A DNA stretch of 64,000 bases from positions 1,376,001-1,440,000 of the forward strand of contig CAWIIQ010000001.1 of assembly GCA_963836185.1 (NCBI GenBank), written 5' to 3'. Source of the stretch: Candidatus Krumholzibacteriia bacterium. Lineage in GTDB: Bacteria; Krumholzibacteriota; Krumholzibacteriia; Krumholzibacteriales; Krumholzibacteriaceae. Shown in pieces: positions 63,301 to 64,000 of the stretch; positions within the stretch are counted from its first letter, which is position 1; each line of letters starts with the position of its first letter. A model generated the notes under the pieces. It was not told where the DNA came from. It did not search any database and saw only the letters and a list, made by a program, of their open reading frames with translations. Made by a program: the position numbers and the translations under genes.

Positions 63301-64000
63301 CTCTTTGCAAGCGTCGCGAATGTGATGGCTATCGCCACCGGTGATATCCATATAGGCACCGAACTGGTAGAGGGCCGCCCAGTACCGTCGCTGACTGGGG
63401 ACCTGGAGGTCAACAGGGCAGAGGTATATCTTGTCATGGAGGAGATCGGTTCCAGCGCTCCTTCGGGAGCGGTCACCCCCTCGCTGCTGGCTCTTGTCGA
63501 CCTCGAGATTCCCGGCAATGCGTGGATAAAGACACCTGATGCGAGCATAGAGATGCGCGGGGATATCACCTTGCATCACGATACGAGAGGGACATATCTC
63601 AGAGGCAAGCTCGACCTGGTCAGGGGTTATTACAATGTTTACGGCAACAAGTTCAAGGTCCAGTCAGGCCAGCTTGAGTTTGTCCATGCCGGGGGATTCA
63701 GGCCCCTGGTCGATATCGAGGCCGAGACCCTTGATCCGGAGGGACGCAAGATATTCCTCTCCCTGCTCTGGATGGAGGATGATGTCGAACCGAAGTTGAC
63801 ACTTGTCCACGAGGATCCCGGGTACAGTGAGACGGATATCTGGAAGATGCTCGGAGGCGGTGTCGTCGACTCTCCCGGTGGACAGGAGAGCTGGGACGCT
63901 ATCGGCACGGCGCAGAACCTCGCCGCGAACTATATCGAGAGGGCGCTCAACTCCCAGATGCAGGGCATCACGATCGAACTGGAGACCGAAGCCTCCCAGG
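60361..64000 (+). CDS. TamB/AsmA-like translocation and assembly module protein (truncated by window end; absent from ORF track)
   Basis: Frame from GTG 60361 open in the stretches read; N-terminal membrane anchor, beta-rich repeats, DUF490-like G.Y.VYGNKF.V..G.L.F...P.VDIEA near end; follows Omp85 gene. Confidence 0.82.
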   Translation, partial: MKRIIRHKVTHGISLAIGLLLTAFIMMIVIFKTDFFADSAGGMFSRYLFSGTDFSLEIGKLSGNPLKHIEVRDFRIRYHGEEFSYDIVRIDRIELEYSTGSIVSGTPSFSLVELDSPHVWIKPDSTGINIIPHMEGDGGGDLPVFSVDRFVLRDGQVIFQKTERADALKDVGFEGSVGSDGKIVHIDLTGGGAEDIRRDIFLRDIAGSIEYVHKRDDARIPGGEPGEIYLDSLFIELDESAFVAEGNVDPDSMIFDLHLDAFPLDVEEVTKLADVETSHFGELQGPVYVKGTPERFSVDAVLNGIFSGYALQDFKLEGEWFPPLFRIDMGEGKFNGAQVAGNGFYTFEEPQMLLLDIEANGLDLSRGFSMDASLPDTDINGKVRLTYYTDTSLMLFDCDLRAGHIREFPFETAVVNGSYCPDSLGFGYIAVDSPTHRIRSHGSLNANDLRMYIDVTCAREDTLFRYLDIEDYSGDISMNLVIGGSFEEWELRGNGSFSDFRYNRAVVPDGEIKLVVKKEESYGVQVELTGDSCWIDPIGFSGLEVSLEYFDDLTTFKRLFLTRPGFEADMRGEVRSPDGNTEIEFSDVLITALEEEWRSNGEFTVGFSERGVEFDDLQLHSRSGALYLDCSIDEAEDLISGVFSFERAGASLLNAAGLLETPLNGTAKGTVALSGCLSDPGVDIDMTLVDSQYDTMRVDTMRLRAEYAEGLYTISEYRVSSPLGGLGLTGWLKGCAIRELLSDGREALRGYTIDLEASCEDLSLAPFLGFSKNIPFETGYFTGRVSVSDSLIHPTAAMTGSVRHLSRKNLSIPLVDIEAGLDGELVDLSGVVKITDDHVGNFAGKIPIVEEDWFYSIDMEGDIYLEMHLPPGPLGDIVGVSDLVAEANGKFSGGFKIEGPITDPVILGGLRLSKAGFRPAGMEERFREVDANILLEDTLITIQELKGKEGRDGSFSGSGRIGLLGWRPESYNIDLKVDKCLFASVANVMAIATGDIHIGTELVEGRPVPSLTGDLEVNRAEVYLVMEEIGSSAPSGAVTPSLLALVDLEIPGNAWIKTPDASIEMRGDITLHHDTRGTYLRGKLDLVRGYYNVYGNKFKVQSGQLEFVHAGGFRPLVDIEAETLDPEGRKIFLSLLWMEDDVEPKLTLVHEDPGYSETDIWKMLGGGVVDSPGGQESWDAIGTAQNLAANYIERALNSQMQGITIELETEASQ

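Overview
Bacterial genomic window, GC-rich and densely coding, from a diderm anaerobe. T9SS-like/FlgD C-terminal domain, DUF5683 and TamAB suggest an FCB-related lineage (inference). 1-20.5 kb is central metabolism: 2-oxoacid:ferredoxin oxidoreductase alpha/beta/gamma, malic enzyme, a (homo)isocitrate-type dehydrogenase, two different LeuC/LeuD-type dehydratases (one fused, with an altered active site), PFOR, an orphan citF and acs. Divergent from PFOR lies a minus-strand redox operon: glutaredoxin, ferredoxin:thioredoxin reductase catalytic subunit, and a 77-aa Rdx/SelW selenoprotein (CxxU with a SECIS hairpin) that the ORF track misses, followed by an S41-like/FGE-domain lipoprotein. The window also carries tRNA-Sec. 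The rest is mostly housekeeping: glmM-glmS-ridA, lepB, CIRCE-hrcA-grpE-dnaK-dnaJ-rsmE, mutS2, dnaG-rpoD-tRNA(CAU), rnhA-rnpB-recJ-dtd-maf-mtnA, rplM-rpsI-rpsB-tsf-pyrH-frr-uppS-cdsA-dxr-rseP, tamA-tamB. An unassigned structured leader RNA with a terminator precedes a C4 zinc-ribbon gene. Clusters of frameshifts, including in essential dnaG, point to sequencing/consensus errors. No CRISPR array, rRNA or mobile element was seen. All family assignments come from motif recognition, not database searches.
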